NCBI GenBank assembly: GCA_977017645.1
Contig: OZ360219.1
Span: 57,598,001 to 57,662,000, forward strand
Length of the DNA stretch: 64,000 nt
Source of the DNA: Torpedo marmorata
Lineage: Eukaryota
Reading direction: 5' to 3'
Shown here: in pieces, positions 12,855 to 23,617 of the stretch
Numbering within the stretch: the stretch's first letter is position 1
Layout: each line of letters begins with the position of its first letter
Notes under the pieces: generated by a model
Told to the model about the DNA's origin: nothing
The model's input: the letters and a program-made list of their open reading frames with translations, nothing else
The model's database searches: none
Translations under genes and position numbers: made by a program

Positions 12855-15800
12855 TCACAGGTCAAGGCGATCCGGCGGCCGAATTTTCCGCTGTGACCTG
12901 CGTAGTGGCGGGTCGGGCTGTGGTGCTAGGGAAGATATTAGTGATGGGGAAGGTGGTAGGTTCGTCTGTGCCGTCGCCTCCTGCCTGGCCTCTCGGAACG
13001 CTTGCAGTCCCGTTGAGGGGGTGGGGTCTAACACATCGGGTGGGGCGTTAGGAAGGGGTTGCGGTGTGTTTTGCAGTACGTGGACTTGCCCGTCGGAATG
13101 CTCCTCTGGCGCCCCATCAGGCGCCAGGTCTCGGATGGAGACTGTGTCCTCTCGTCCATCAGGGAAGACCACGTACGCATATTGGGGGTTGGCGTGCGCC
13201 AACTGCACCCTCTGAACCGTCGGTTCATATTTGCTGCTCCGAAGGTGGTTGCGGAGCAGCACTGGTCCCGGGGACATCAGCCAGGCAGGTAGGGAGGTCC
13301 CGGTGGTCGACTTCCTGGGGAAGGAAAAAAATCGTTCATGAGGAGTTGCGTTGGTGGAAGTGCACAGTAGGGACCGGATAGAGTGGAGGGCTTCGGGGAG
13401 AACATCCTGCCAGCGGGAGACCGGCCAGCCCTTTGACTTAAGGGCTAGGAGCGCGGCCTTCCACACCGTAGCGTTCTCCCTTTCCACCTGTCCATTTCCT
13501 CGGGGGTTGTATGCTGTTGTCCTGCTGGTGGCGATGCCTCGGTCCTGCAGGTACCGGCGCAGCTCCTCACTCATAAAAGCTGCTCCCCGGTCGCTATGTA
13601 TGTAGTTTGGGAAACCAAACAGCGTGAATACCTGGTGGAGAGCTTTTATGGTTGAGGTAGCTGAAGTGTCGGGGCAGGGGATGGCAAAGGGGAACCGCGA
13701 GTACTCGTCAACAACGTTTAGGAAGTACACGTTGCGGTTCGTGGAGGGAAGGGGCCCCTTGAAGTCAATACTAAGACGTTCAAAGGGGCGCGTGGCTTTG
13801 ATCAGCTGTGCCCTGTCCGGGCGGTAGAACTGAGGTTTGCACTCTGTGCAAACACGACAGTCTCTGGTCAAAGTCCTGACTTCCTCCAGGGAGTATGGCA
13901 GGTTCTGTGCCTTCACAAAGTGAAAAAGCCTGGTAACTCCTGGGTGACAGAGGAGGTCATGTAGGGCGTGTAATCGGTCGATCTGCGCGCTGGCGCATGA
14001 TCCCCGGGATAGAGCGTCTGAGGGCTCATTGAGCTTCCCGGGCCGGTAGAGGATGTCGTAGTTATAGGTGGAGAGTTCTATTCTCCACCTCATGATTTTG
14101 TCGTTTTTGATCTTACCCCGCTGCTGGTTGCTGAACATAAATGCTACCGAGCGTTGGTCGGTCAGCAGGGTAAAATGCTTGCCGGCGAGATAGTGCCTCC
14201 AGTGTCTGATTGCTTCCACGATGGCCTGGGCTTCTTTCTCTACCGCGGAGTGCCGAATTTCGGGGCCTTGAAGGGTGCGCGAGAAAAACGCCACCAGCCT
14301 TCCCGCCTGGTTGAGGGTAGCAGCCAGCGCGAAGTCCGATGCATCATTCTCTACCTGGAAAGGTATCTCCTCATCCACCGCGTGCATTGTTGCTCGCGCA
14401 ATGTCCCCTTTTATAAGGTCAAAGGCCTTACGTGCCTCCGAGTCAAGGGGAAATACGGTGGATTTCACCAGGGGTCGGGCCTTATCTGCATAATTCGGTA
14501 CCCATTGTGCATAATATGAAAAGAACCCGAGGCATCGCTTGAGTGCTTTGGGAGTGGGGGGTAGTGGAAGTTCCAGTAGGGGGCGCATGCGATCGGGGTC
14601 TGGCCCAATCACCCCGTTCTCTACCACGTACCCCAAAATAGCGAGGCGCGTGGTACCGAACACACATTTATCTTTATTGTATGTTAGGTTTAGTGCTTTA
14701 GCCGCCTGCAGGAACTTCCGGAGATTGGTGTCGTGATCCTGGCGATCCAGCCCACAGATGGTGATATCGTCCAGGTACGGGAAGGTGGCTTTAAGTTTAT
14801 ATACATCTACAATGTTATTCATCTCCCGCTGGAACACAGAAACACCATTAGTCACCCCGAACGGGACCCGCAGGAAGTGGAACAGTTTCCCGTCAGCCTC
14901 GAACGCAGTGTACTGGCGGTCCTCCCGACGGATAGGGAGCTGATGGTACGCGGACTTCAGGTCAATAGTAGAGAAGACCTTATACTGAGCGATCTGATTA
15001 ACCATATCCGCAATTCTTGGTAGCGGGTATGCGTCCAACAGGGTGAACCGGTTAATCGTCTGACTGTAGTCCACCACCATCCTACTCTTGGCCCCTTTTA
15101 CCACAACCACCTGGGCCCTCCAGGGACTATTGCTCCTTTCAATAATCCCCTCTTGTAGCAACCTCTGTACCTCCGTCTTGATAAACGCCCTGTCCTCCGA
15201 ACTGTATCGCCTGCTCTTGGTTGCAACAGGCTTATAGTCAGGGGTCAGGTTGGCGAATAACGACGGAGGCGAGATCTTAAGAGTGGAGAGGCCACAGGTA
15301 GTCTGGGGCTCATTATTAAGGAACTGGTGGTTGACTACAGTGATCGCAGGGTGGGGACCATCGTACCGCATAGTCACACTGCGCAAGTGGCTCTGAAAAT
15401 CAAGTCCCAACAATACGGGTGCGCACAAACGATTCATTATAAATAAAGAAAAATGTTTATACTTAGTCCCCTGTACAACAATATCAGCCACACAAGCCCC
15501 CCGGATGTCTGTTGTGTGTGACCCAGACGCCATGGCCACCCTCTGGCTTACCGGTATGGTAGTGAGGCCACAGCGCTGGACAGTGTCCGGGTGGATGAAG
15601 CTCTCCGTACTGCCCGTATCGAAGAGGCAGGTGGTTTTGTGTCCCTCCACCAGAATGTCCATCATGGATCTCGACAACTGGTGAGGGATGTTCTGGTCGA
15701 GGGTGACTGAGGCAAGAGTCGCGATGTATTCTTCATCTTCTTCTACTGCCGACAAAAATGGCCGCTCCCGTGGCTCGCACGTGTCGCTGCTGCTGCTGCT

Positions 15801-16655
15801 GTAAGATGGCGGCGGTAGTATGGCCGGAAGTACCGACGCGGGTGGCGCCGGAAGTGCCAGCATCAAAGATGGCCGCCCCCGCGGCTCGCACGAGGCCGAT
15901 TCCGGAAGCTCCCGTAGGTAAGATGGCTGCCCCCGCAGCTCGCACGCGGCGCTGCTCAGACCCGGGCGCGACTTGGAGCGGCAGGCCTTCACGTAGTGGC
16001 CTTTCCTGCCGCATCCGGAACAAGTCGCGTCGCGGGCCGGGCAGCGCTTCCGCGGGTGCTTCTCAAGCCCGCAGAAGTAACACTTCTCGGGCTCGCGGCT
16101 GGCTGCAGCGGCGGTGAGGATCGCAGTAGCGGTCGGGTCGGCACGGATGGCGGCAGCGGCGGTCATCTCGTTCGCAGGGCTGGGAGATGGGGCTGACCAC
16201 GTTGCGGGCTGGGGGTCGCGAGCTTGCATGGCATCGGAGTTCCGCTGCGCGGTCTCCAGCGTGCGGACCATCGCTACTGCCCCCCGAAAGTCCAGGTCGG
16301 CGTGCTCTAGCAGTCTCTGGCGCACATATACCGACCTGAGCCCCATGATGAACGCATCTCGCTCCACCACTCGCAAATGTTCCTCAGCAGTCAGGGCTTT
16401 ACAGTCGCACGCCCGTGCTAGTGACTGTATGGCCCTGACATATTCCACCGTCGATTCCCCTGCTCGCTGCATTCGGGAGTAGAGTCGGTATCGCGCGTAG
16501 ACCGCGTTGACTGGCGACAGGTAGATTCCTCTCAGGGCATCCATAGCCCCCGTGTAGGTTTCGCAGTCTCTTATCGTTATGTACACTCGAGAGCTCACCC
16601 TGGAGATGAGGACTTTCAATCGTTGCACTTCACTTACGGCTTCGATGGTGTCCAT
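12855..16655 (-). CDS. Gypsy Gag-Pol polyprotein (zinc knuckles, protease, RT, RNase H, integrase)
   Basis: 1266-aa ORF: CYFCG..H...C and CSGCG..GH....C, LFDTGS, YLDD, DASD/TDQ, HPG..C..C, DFKG/SDRG/VERE in Gypsy domain order. Confidence 0.96.
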   Translation of the reverse strand: MDTIEAVSEVQRLKVLISRVSSRVYITIRDCETYTGAMDALRGIYLSPVNAVYARYRLYSRMQRAGESTVEYVRAIQSLARACDCKALTAEEHLRVVERDAFIMGLRSVYVRQRLLEHADLDFRGAVAMVRTLETAQRNSDAMQARDPQPATWSAPSPSPANEMTAAAAIRADPTATAILTAAAASREPEKCYFCGLEKHPRKRCPARDATCSGCGRKGHYVKACRSKSRPGLSSAACELRGQPSYLRELPESASCEPRGRPSLMLALPAPPASVLPAILPPPSYSSSSSDTCEPRERPFLSAVEEDEEYIATLASVTLDQNIPHQLSRSMMDILVEGHKTTCLFDTGSTESFIHPDTVQRCGLTTIPVSQRVAMASGSHTTDIRGACVADIVVQGTKYKHFSLFIMNRLCAPVLLGLDFQSHLRSVTMRYDGPHPAITVVNHQFLNNEPQTTCGLSTLKISPPSLFANLTPDYKPVATKSRRYSSEDRAFIKTEVQRLLQEGIIERSNSPWRAQVVVVKGAKSRMVVDYSQTINRFTLLDAYPLPRIADMVNQIAQYKVFSTIDLKSAYHQLPIRREDRQYTAFEADGKLFHFLRVPFGVTNGVSVFQREMNNIVDVYKLKATFPYLDDITICGLDRQDHDTNLRKFLQAAKALNLTYNKDKCVFGTTRLAILGYVVENGVIGPDPDRMRPLLELPLPPTPKALKRCLGFFSYYAQWVPNYADKARPLVKSTVFPLDSEARKAFDLIKGDIARATMHAVDEEIPFQVENDASDFALAATLNQAGRLVAFFSRTLQGPEIRHSAVEKEAQAIVEAIRHWRHYLAGKHFTLLTDQRSVAFMFSNQQRGKIKNDKIMRWRIELSTYNYDILYRPGKLNEPSDALSRGSCASAQIDRLHALHDLLCHPGVTRLFHFVKAQNLPYSLEEVRTLTRDCRVCTECKPQFYRPDRAQLIKATRPFERLSIDFKGPLPSTNRNVYFLNVVDEYSRFPFAIPCPDTSATSTIKALHQVFTLFGFPNYIHSDRGAAFMSEELRRYLQDRGIATSRTTAYNPRGNGQVERENATVWKAALLALKSKGWPVSRWQDVLPEALHSIRSLLCTSTNATPHERFFSFPRKSTTGTSLPAWLMSPGPVLLRNHLRSSKYEPTVQRVQLAHANPQYAYVVFPDGREDTVSIRDLAPDGAPEEHSDGQVHVLQNTPQPLPNAPPDVLDPTPSTGLQAFREARQEATAQTNLPPSPSLISSLAPQPDPPLRRSQRKIRPPDRLDL

Positions 16656-16763
16656 AAACGATTCTAGACATCGCAGCCAGTGTTCGAAGACGTTACCGGC
16701 ATCGTGGGCTAGGTGATCGAGGTCGAGGATAGCCGGCCATCAGAAGTACTTAGTCAATAAAAT

Positions 16764-17016
16764 TGATAGGCCTATCAATAACCACTCGAAGACTGTGAGA
16801 GCGAGTGAATCATAGGCTTTTATTGACTAAGAATGAAGCCGTGCTTCCTACTCGATCAGGTCCGGACTGGAGGGGGTGGCCAAGATACAGTGGCCTTTAT
16901 TCAGGTGAGGAAAGGGGAGGGATTACCTGGACACCCAAGGGAGGGGAGGGAGTAGACATCAGTCCGGCCTGTAATACCTGTACATACCACAAATACAAAC
17001 ACAGTGGTTTACCACA
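16764..17016 (-). repeat. 5' LTR of Gypsy element 1
   Basis: Direct repeat of 12516-12768; lies upstream of gag on the minus strand. Confidence 0.97.
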
Positions 17017-17075
17017 CAAAGTGTGGAGGCGTAAAGGAACTGGCCAAGATTCAAAGCATACCACCTTTACCATGG

Positions 17076-17258
17076 NNNNNNNNNNNNNNNNNNNNNNNNN
17101 NNNNNNNNNNNNNNNNNNNNNNNNNNNNNNNNNNNNNNNNNNNNNNNNNNNNNNNNNNNNNNNNNNNNNNNNNNNNNNNNNNNNNNNNNNNNNNNNNNNN
17201 NNNNNNNNNNNNNNNNNNNNNNNNNNNNNNNNNNNNNNNNNNNNNNNNNNNNNNNNNN
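17076..17258. other. Assembly gap (N run)
   Basis: 183 N characters. Confidence 1.
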
Positions 17259-17318
17259 GGAGAAAGGAAGGAATTTATGTATGGAACCAAAGGAAGTTGG
17301 TGAGGTCATTAATGAGTA

Positions 17319-17543
17319 CAGTAAAAGTCCTAAATTCTGAAGTGCCCAGGGATTGGGTTGGTCAGGATTTTTGAATTTTCTGGATTCTCGGGCAGTACAT
17401 CTGTGGCGCTTACACAATGCACGCACGCAATGCACACACGCAACAATGCATTCACGCACGCACGCACACAAAAGATGAGAGTTGTTAAGAAATCTGGATT
17501 CTCGGGTGGTCCAGATTTCTTGCAGATGTTTGGACTTTTACTG
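17319..17543. mobile_element. Tc1/mariner-pogo-type MITE inserted in an old CR1 fragment
   Basis: TIRs cagtaaaagtcc / ggacttttactg, TA on both sides; flanks rejoin as aatgagta|cttctc (CR1 NEYFS motif). Confidence 0.85.
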
Positions 17544-18205
17544 TACTTCTCATGGGTAATCACTAAGGAGGAGGATGTCAATGATGCTGAGATTAGGAAG
17601 GGGTATGTTGGTATTCTAGGGCATGTCATATTAAGAAGGAGGAGGTGAAAGCAATGCACATAATAAGTTTAGATTTTTATTTGACTGAGTTAAATGATGT
17701 CATACAGTAGATAAAGTTATCAAAGTTCCGGTTGCTAAATCTCCTGATGAGACAATTGGTGAACAGGTTTTCACTCCCAGAGGAGGCAACTGGAGTTATC
17801 ATCTGCTCGGCTCTTCTGATGGTGGTCCTGACTGCTCCTGATGTGCCTGGTGCCCTGCCACCTCTCCCCTCCCCTGTACAAGAGCTCAATCCTGACAGCT
17901 ATTCCAAGGCCATCTCTGCTCTCTGAAATCTGTAATTGTGTGCTATTGGTGTCTGATTGCCATGGGGATTGCACCATTAAGTTGCACCTCTGATTCCTGG
18001 ACAGCAAAGTATTGTCAACTGTCCTGAACTGCATGTGATCCCATCAAGAACCAAATAGCATTTCCTTCTGTTGGAAGCCAGCATAATATTGTTTCAAATG
18101 TCTTTATTACCAATTCCTTAATCGAGAAAGAGGATCTTATTTGTCACTGGCTCCAAACACAACTATGTTTATCTCACCAGAACCAAGAAGAATCCCATCT
18201 TAAAC

Positions 18206-18346
18206 ATTAACCTACAACCCCCGGTTCAAAAACGTACCGGGGGTTGTAGGTTAATTGGGTGTAATTGGGCGGCACGGGCTCATGGGTCGAATTGGCGTGT
18301 TACCGTGCTGTATGTCTAAATTAAAATTTTAAAAAATTAAAATTAA
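18206..18346 (+). mobile_element. SINE 3' fragment with a 20-bp inverted duplication at its 5' junction
   Basis: Tail gctgtatgtctaaattaaaatt; attaacctacaacccccggt (18206-18225) is the reverse complement of 18236-18255. Confidence 0.75.
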
Positions 18347-19360
18347 AGGCAACCATGCAGTAATTTCATTTTAATATTGATCTTGAAAGTGAGGGTATTC
18401 TTGCACTATTTCTGCTTTAGACTTTATGTATTGAGAATAAATGAAATACTTTGGATGCTTCAGTGAAATCTTTCCTTTTGATTTACAATGCCAAGGAGTC
18501 AGACATGTATCATAAATGTGAGCTTTTATTTTTCGATGTGTTGTTAAGGGAGTGAGAATCTACTGAGTTAAATGTTTGACTGGAGAGAAGAATATTTGAG
18601 ATGGAGTTGTTTCTCAGACTGTTTTTGAGAACCATAAAACAAAGGATTGACTGAAAAAAAGGTTTCCCAATACAGTTAACTCACAGATTGGAGCAGGAAA
18701 TTTTAAGATGGATAAAAACTGTTGTTCCTTTCCCTACGGCTGCATTGGGAGAGTCATCACATCAAATCCTTGGTATATGAAATACGTTGTCCTATATTTT
18801 GGGGGTGATTAAGCAGAATTCAAAAGAATCAATAATTAGTGGTAGGTTAATTTATTTTGGGTATGGGAAAAACCGTTTTGTCCTAAGGTTAATGTGCATG
18901 TTGAAGAGAGACGACTTGAACCTTGAGCACAGCTTTCTTTACAGAAACAAAACTGTGATGGTGCATTGGAAGTAGTGAGTCAAAATACAGTTTAAATAGC
19001 TTCATTGGTAATGCATGATAAATGCCCATTGTCTTTTTTATTAAATATTCATATAATCTTCCTCAGATACTTGTGAGTGTGGTACCATCACTTGCATATA
19101 GATTGCCATTGTTTTAAAAATATTTTTTTAGGAGTATGCGATCCTAGCAGATATTGAAGGGGCAATAAACTACTGTCCTTTCAGTGATTCTCCAACCACT
19201 AATGGCTAGAAAATAATAATTTAGAATTAGCTAATCTGTCACATGCAATATATCCCAATGTTTACCTTTGTTGTAAAGTAACAGGGATAGATTGTTTATG
19301 ATGGAGAAAGGAAACTGCATTTCCTGTCTTGAGTTCAGTTTAATGGGGGCATAACACTAG

Positions 19361-19720
<360 letters not shown>

Positions 19721-20529
19721 TAAGTATCTTACTTAGAATGGGAAATTGAAGTTACAGCACAATATGCCATGTTGAAGCCTAATAGACACATTATTTATGA
19801 TAATGTTACATTTATATAGTGATAATATTATGGGTGAGGCAAGCAGTGGAGAGTGACCCACTTACCTCTTCTTTTCCTTAGATCATGATCCGTGGGGAAA
19901 AGCACAAACAATTTGAGGAGATGGACACAAGTATTGTGGTCATTGAACAATGAAACTCTGACAATTAACACTTGTTCCCAATCACACTTTATTTGACTTG
20001 TGCACAAGGAGAGCAGCATGGCCCCTTCACCGAACTGCTCTAAAGAATTCCTTGCAGATTTTAATCAAACTTTGCTCCAATAGGAACTTTATGTGTTATC
20101 AAATTTCTTTAATATAGAAAAGTCACCAATCATATAATTTGAAGGCATGGAAGAATCAAAAATAATTGCAAGCTATTTAATCCTCTATTTGCATGCGATC
20201 TAATCAAGGTGCCAATCACATCTTAGTTTTATTATGGCACACACTGTGTTAATTGTAAATTATTTTTAATTTTTATAAAAAATAATATTTTTATTTTTTA
20301 TGTTCTATGTTCACAGTAAACCTTCCTTTAGCTACTAACATCTGTAACTGTGGGTATCAACCTTTCAAGAACATGTTTATGATTACCTTGCCTTTTATAA
20401 GCAAGTTTGCCTGGGATCCCTGCTTGTACATTCTTCTCAGAGTTGCTTTAGGTGATTTAAATCTCAGTCTGCTGTAACTTCCACAGTATGAATAACTTTT
20501 CCCTCTTACTTTAATCCTTGTTGCTACAT

Positions 20530-22690
20530 GCCATCCCACTCTGACCTCTCTGCTTTTTGCCTTTTACACTGTTCCATCAAAGTCCACACAAAGCTCAAGA
20601 GACAGCATCTCATCTTCCTTACACTTTACAATCCTCAAGACTGTTCGATTAATTCAGCAGCTTCAGATAACCAGCCTTTCCAGTCAGTGATAGAACTGGT
20701 CAGTTATTATTGTAACATTAACTCAGTTTTTCTCTCTCCACAGATGCTGCTTATCCTTTTCGGACATTTCCAACATCCTTTTTTATTTCAGTTTTCCAAT
20801 AACTGTGAGTTTCTCTCCCTTACAGTTCAAGGATTCTTTTCTCTCTCTCCTTTCTCCTCTTTCACCACCTCTGATCAAAGTTTTCTTCAAACAGATTGAC
20901 TGTGATTTACAGACCTTCACTGCCGTCCCTCAGTTTGCACCAGCACCTTTTGTGTCATTTGGCTCCACCTCAACCCCCTCCACTGCAATTTAAAACATGT
21001 TCCATCCCTAACATTTCCTAATTCCGATGAGAAGTCATTGACCTTTGATTCTCTCTCCAGCAATGCTGCATGACGTGCTAATTTCCAATATTTTGAGGTT
21101 CTATGCTAGATTGCGAGCATCTGCAGCTCTATATATTTAAAAAAATCTTTGCTTTTGTGCTTACCAATGCAATATATATCAATTACCTCATTTAGCTAAA
21201 GCAACCGCTCCCCTGCACTGTCTTGTGGAGGAATTGCAAACCAGTCTCAAAATTTTACCCTCATACTTTGTTTCAGCTTTGATTTTGCACAGCAAGTACA
21301 GTTCATTCAAAAGTCAACATTGAACATTGCGCTAAATCAGGCACTTCAGACACATGGCTTCAGATTATGGGAACTACCATCAGACTTCAGGTGTTGATCA
21401 GCACGAACTGCTGGACGAATGCCATGTCAGCTTTATTGCAGAGACTATCAGCGTTGTGCTCCTGCTTCATGTAAATGTGGAGGGTCCATTTACTTGTAAA
21501 TTTAAGACTGCTGTCAATTCCTTAGCTTTATTGGTCATGCTGTAATTACAGCTGCCAGGGGTGGAATTGTAATGTCTGTCCCTGTCTCTCTCAAGACCTC
21601 TTCATTGAGATTGGACTTGCACTATGGTTTATAAATTGCAAGTAAGGGGTGGCACGGTTAGCGTTGATATATATTGATCTCAAGAATATATTCAATTAAA
21701 AAGCATTGCATCAGTAACCAGTATATCATTATTCAAAGATAGCAGCTCTGAACATTGATATAACTGTGGCATAGCATTGACTTTGAGTACAAACATGGAC
21801 ACGTTCACAAACTGTCATGCTGAAGTTGTTAAGTATTTCTAAAATAGGCTCTCTGTCAATATCAGAACACAAATAGCTTCCTGAGTTGCCAGCTATGCTC
21901 CAAGATTCAGTGTGCCTGTCACAAAGGAAAGTGATTGAATAGCTAGAAATAGCAACTGCAGATGGTGGTAATCTAAAAGATATACTGAAAATGTGAGGAT
22001 ACTTCAGCAGTCAGAAAACATCAGTGGAGAGAGAGCAACAGAATTGACATTTCAGGCCAATGAGTCTTCATCAGAACTGAATAGTGAGAATTAAGTGGGT
22101 TTCAAGTTGCACAGAAGCGGAGGGAATGCCTGTGATAGGGTGGAGACAAATGTTATCCAGAGGACACAATGCTGGAAATCAGAAATAATAAAAAATGTTG
22201 GAAATATTCAGCAAATCAGACAGCATCTGTTGAGACAAAAAATGGAGTTAATATTACAGGTAGATTCTGCCTTTTACCTCATCTATTCCCACCATTTATG
22301 TTGTCCTTCAAGAGGAAATAGCAACCCACTTGCACGTATTGCAGCTTGGTACATTGCATTGCATGCTCATGATGTATTCTCCACTACATTCAAGAATCCA
22401 AATGCAGATTGGATGATCACTTTGCAGAACTTTTCCCTTTTGTCCAAAGGTGTGGCTCTGATTGCTGTGTTTTGCACCCCACAGTGCCAGAATGTGTTTT
22501 TATTTCTACCTGTCTTTAATTTCCAGATGGATCAACAATGATTAACTCGCTGGCACCAAAAAGCAGTTGTATCACTGGGACAAACTTGGTCTCTACCCTA
22601 TTCCGGGCACTTTCTTTGTTCTCTACACTTCCCCTCTCGGCAATTTAAACCATACTTATTTTCTTCCTGTTCCATTTCTGCAAAATAATG
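20530..22690. mobile_element. Patchy degraded Penelope-like fragments (about 20530-21130 and 21950-22690)
   Basis: KL..QHLIF-like remnant at 20590-20620, cagatgctgc/gcatctgcag terminal-repeat motifs, hammerhead-like core at 22046-22076; not continuous. Confidence 0.45.
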
Positions 22691-23390
22691 AGTGTGGGAC
22701 TGTCAGAATGGCAGAATGAATTATTCCTCCTCCTTGAAGGAGGAGTAATAATCTCAGTGACAGATGTACTGACATTGGGGGAGCATCTCAGTATAAAATC
22801 GTTCATGACATGAAAGCAGGAGGATGAACATCACACTGTTGGATTGTGCAGGATGTTAACACTGGAGAGGAAAATAATTAAAGGCACAGAGGGAGGTTCT
22901 TGGTCCAAATTCAATATCTCAAAATGATACTTAAGCCATTAATACTGCATATGGGCAAAAAGGGATATATCTATGCCAAGTTATGTTTCTCTTGGGGAAG
23001 AAATAATGCAAAGTGGAATGTTTCTCAGTCCTCGTTCAAAATAAAATATCCTGTTGAGCACTGTGAAATCTGCAGATTGTCTGATGAGCAGCAATGATTA
23101 ACGATCATTCAAGTGGTCCAGATGGTTACGATATATATAAAGCTTCCAGAACAATTTGGATAGATCTTTGTGTAATTAGAATATGAAATCCCTTTGGACG
23201 GTCAAATTTAAGAAGGAGAATTCAGCTGCAGAATCATGGTTGCCAGGGTCACACAGCAGAGTTTGACCATTGCCAGATCTGAAACCCAATGTGTTTACAG
23301 ATCACAAACTCCTGCACAGTCATGGAGGCTGTACTCACCTATATTTATTATTCAGATGAGCAATCAATGAAATAAATCCATTTCGCACAT

Positions 23391-23617
23391 AAATTTAAAT
23401 TTAGACATACAGCATGGTAACAGGCCCTTTCGGCCCACAAGCCAATTACACCCAATTGACCTACACCCCCGGTACGATTTGAACGGTGGGAGGAAACCGG
23501 CACACCCGAAGGAAACCCACGCAGACATGGGAACGTACAAACTTCTTACAGACAGCGAACCCCGGTCGCTGGCGCTGTAACAGTGTTGCGCTAACCGCAA
23601 CGCTAACCGTGCCGCCC
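23391..23617 (-). mobile_element. tRNA-derived SINE, near full length
   Basis: Minus: gggcggcacggttagcgttgcggttagcgcaacactgttacagcgccagcgacc ... atgctgtatgtctaaatttaaattt. Confidence 0.85.

Larger units (their letters stand above)
12516..17016 (-). mobile_element. Full-length Gypsy/Ty3 LTR retrotransposon, very recent insertion
   Basis: Identical 253-bp TG..CA LTRs (12516-12768, 16764-17016), TSD caaag (12511-12515, 17017-17021), polypurine tract at 12769-12785, single gag-pol ORF. Confidence 0.98.
9655..17075 (+). mobile_element. Tc1-like transposon relic, split by an L1/CR1 insertion (9923-11996) and a Gypsy insertion (12516-17016), and cut by the assembly gap
   Basis: 12050-12515 and 17017-17075 encode decayed Tc1 transposase (TGELSN.KGTG.PRKT, GYTARCKPLVS, TDETKINL, KVWRRKGT); the sequence rejoins across both TSD pairs; left boundary approximate. 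Confidence 0.8.

Noticed and set aside
13021-16482. Numerous antisense and alternate-frame ORFs over Gypsy pol (also 61541-63600)
   Set aside because: Expected shadows of GC-rich coding sequence; no recognisable motifs.
16805-17471. ORFs containing long X runs
   Set aside because: Artefacts of translating through the N gap.
23391-23617. tRNA gene
   Set aside because: Only a tRNA-like head followed by SINE body and tail, present in many diverged copies.
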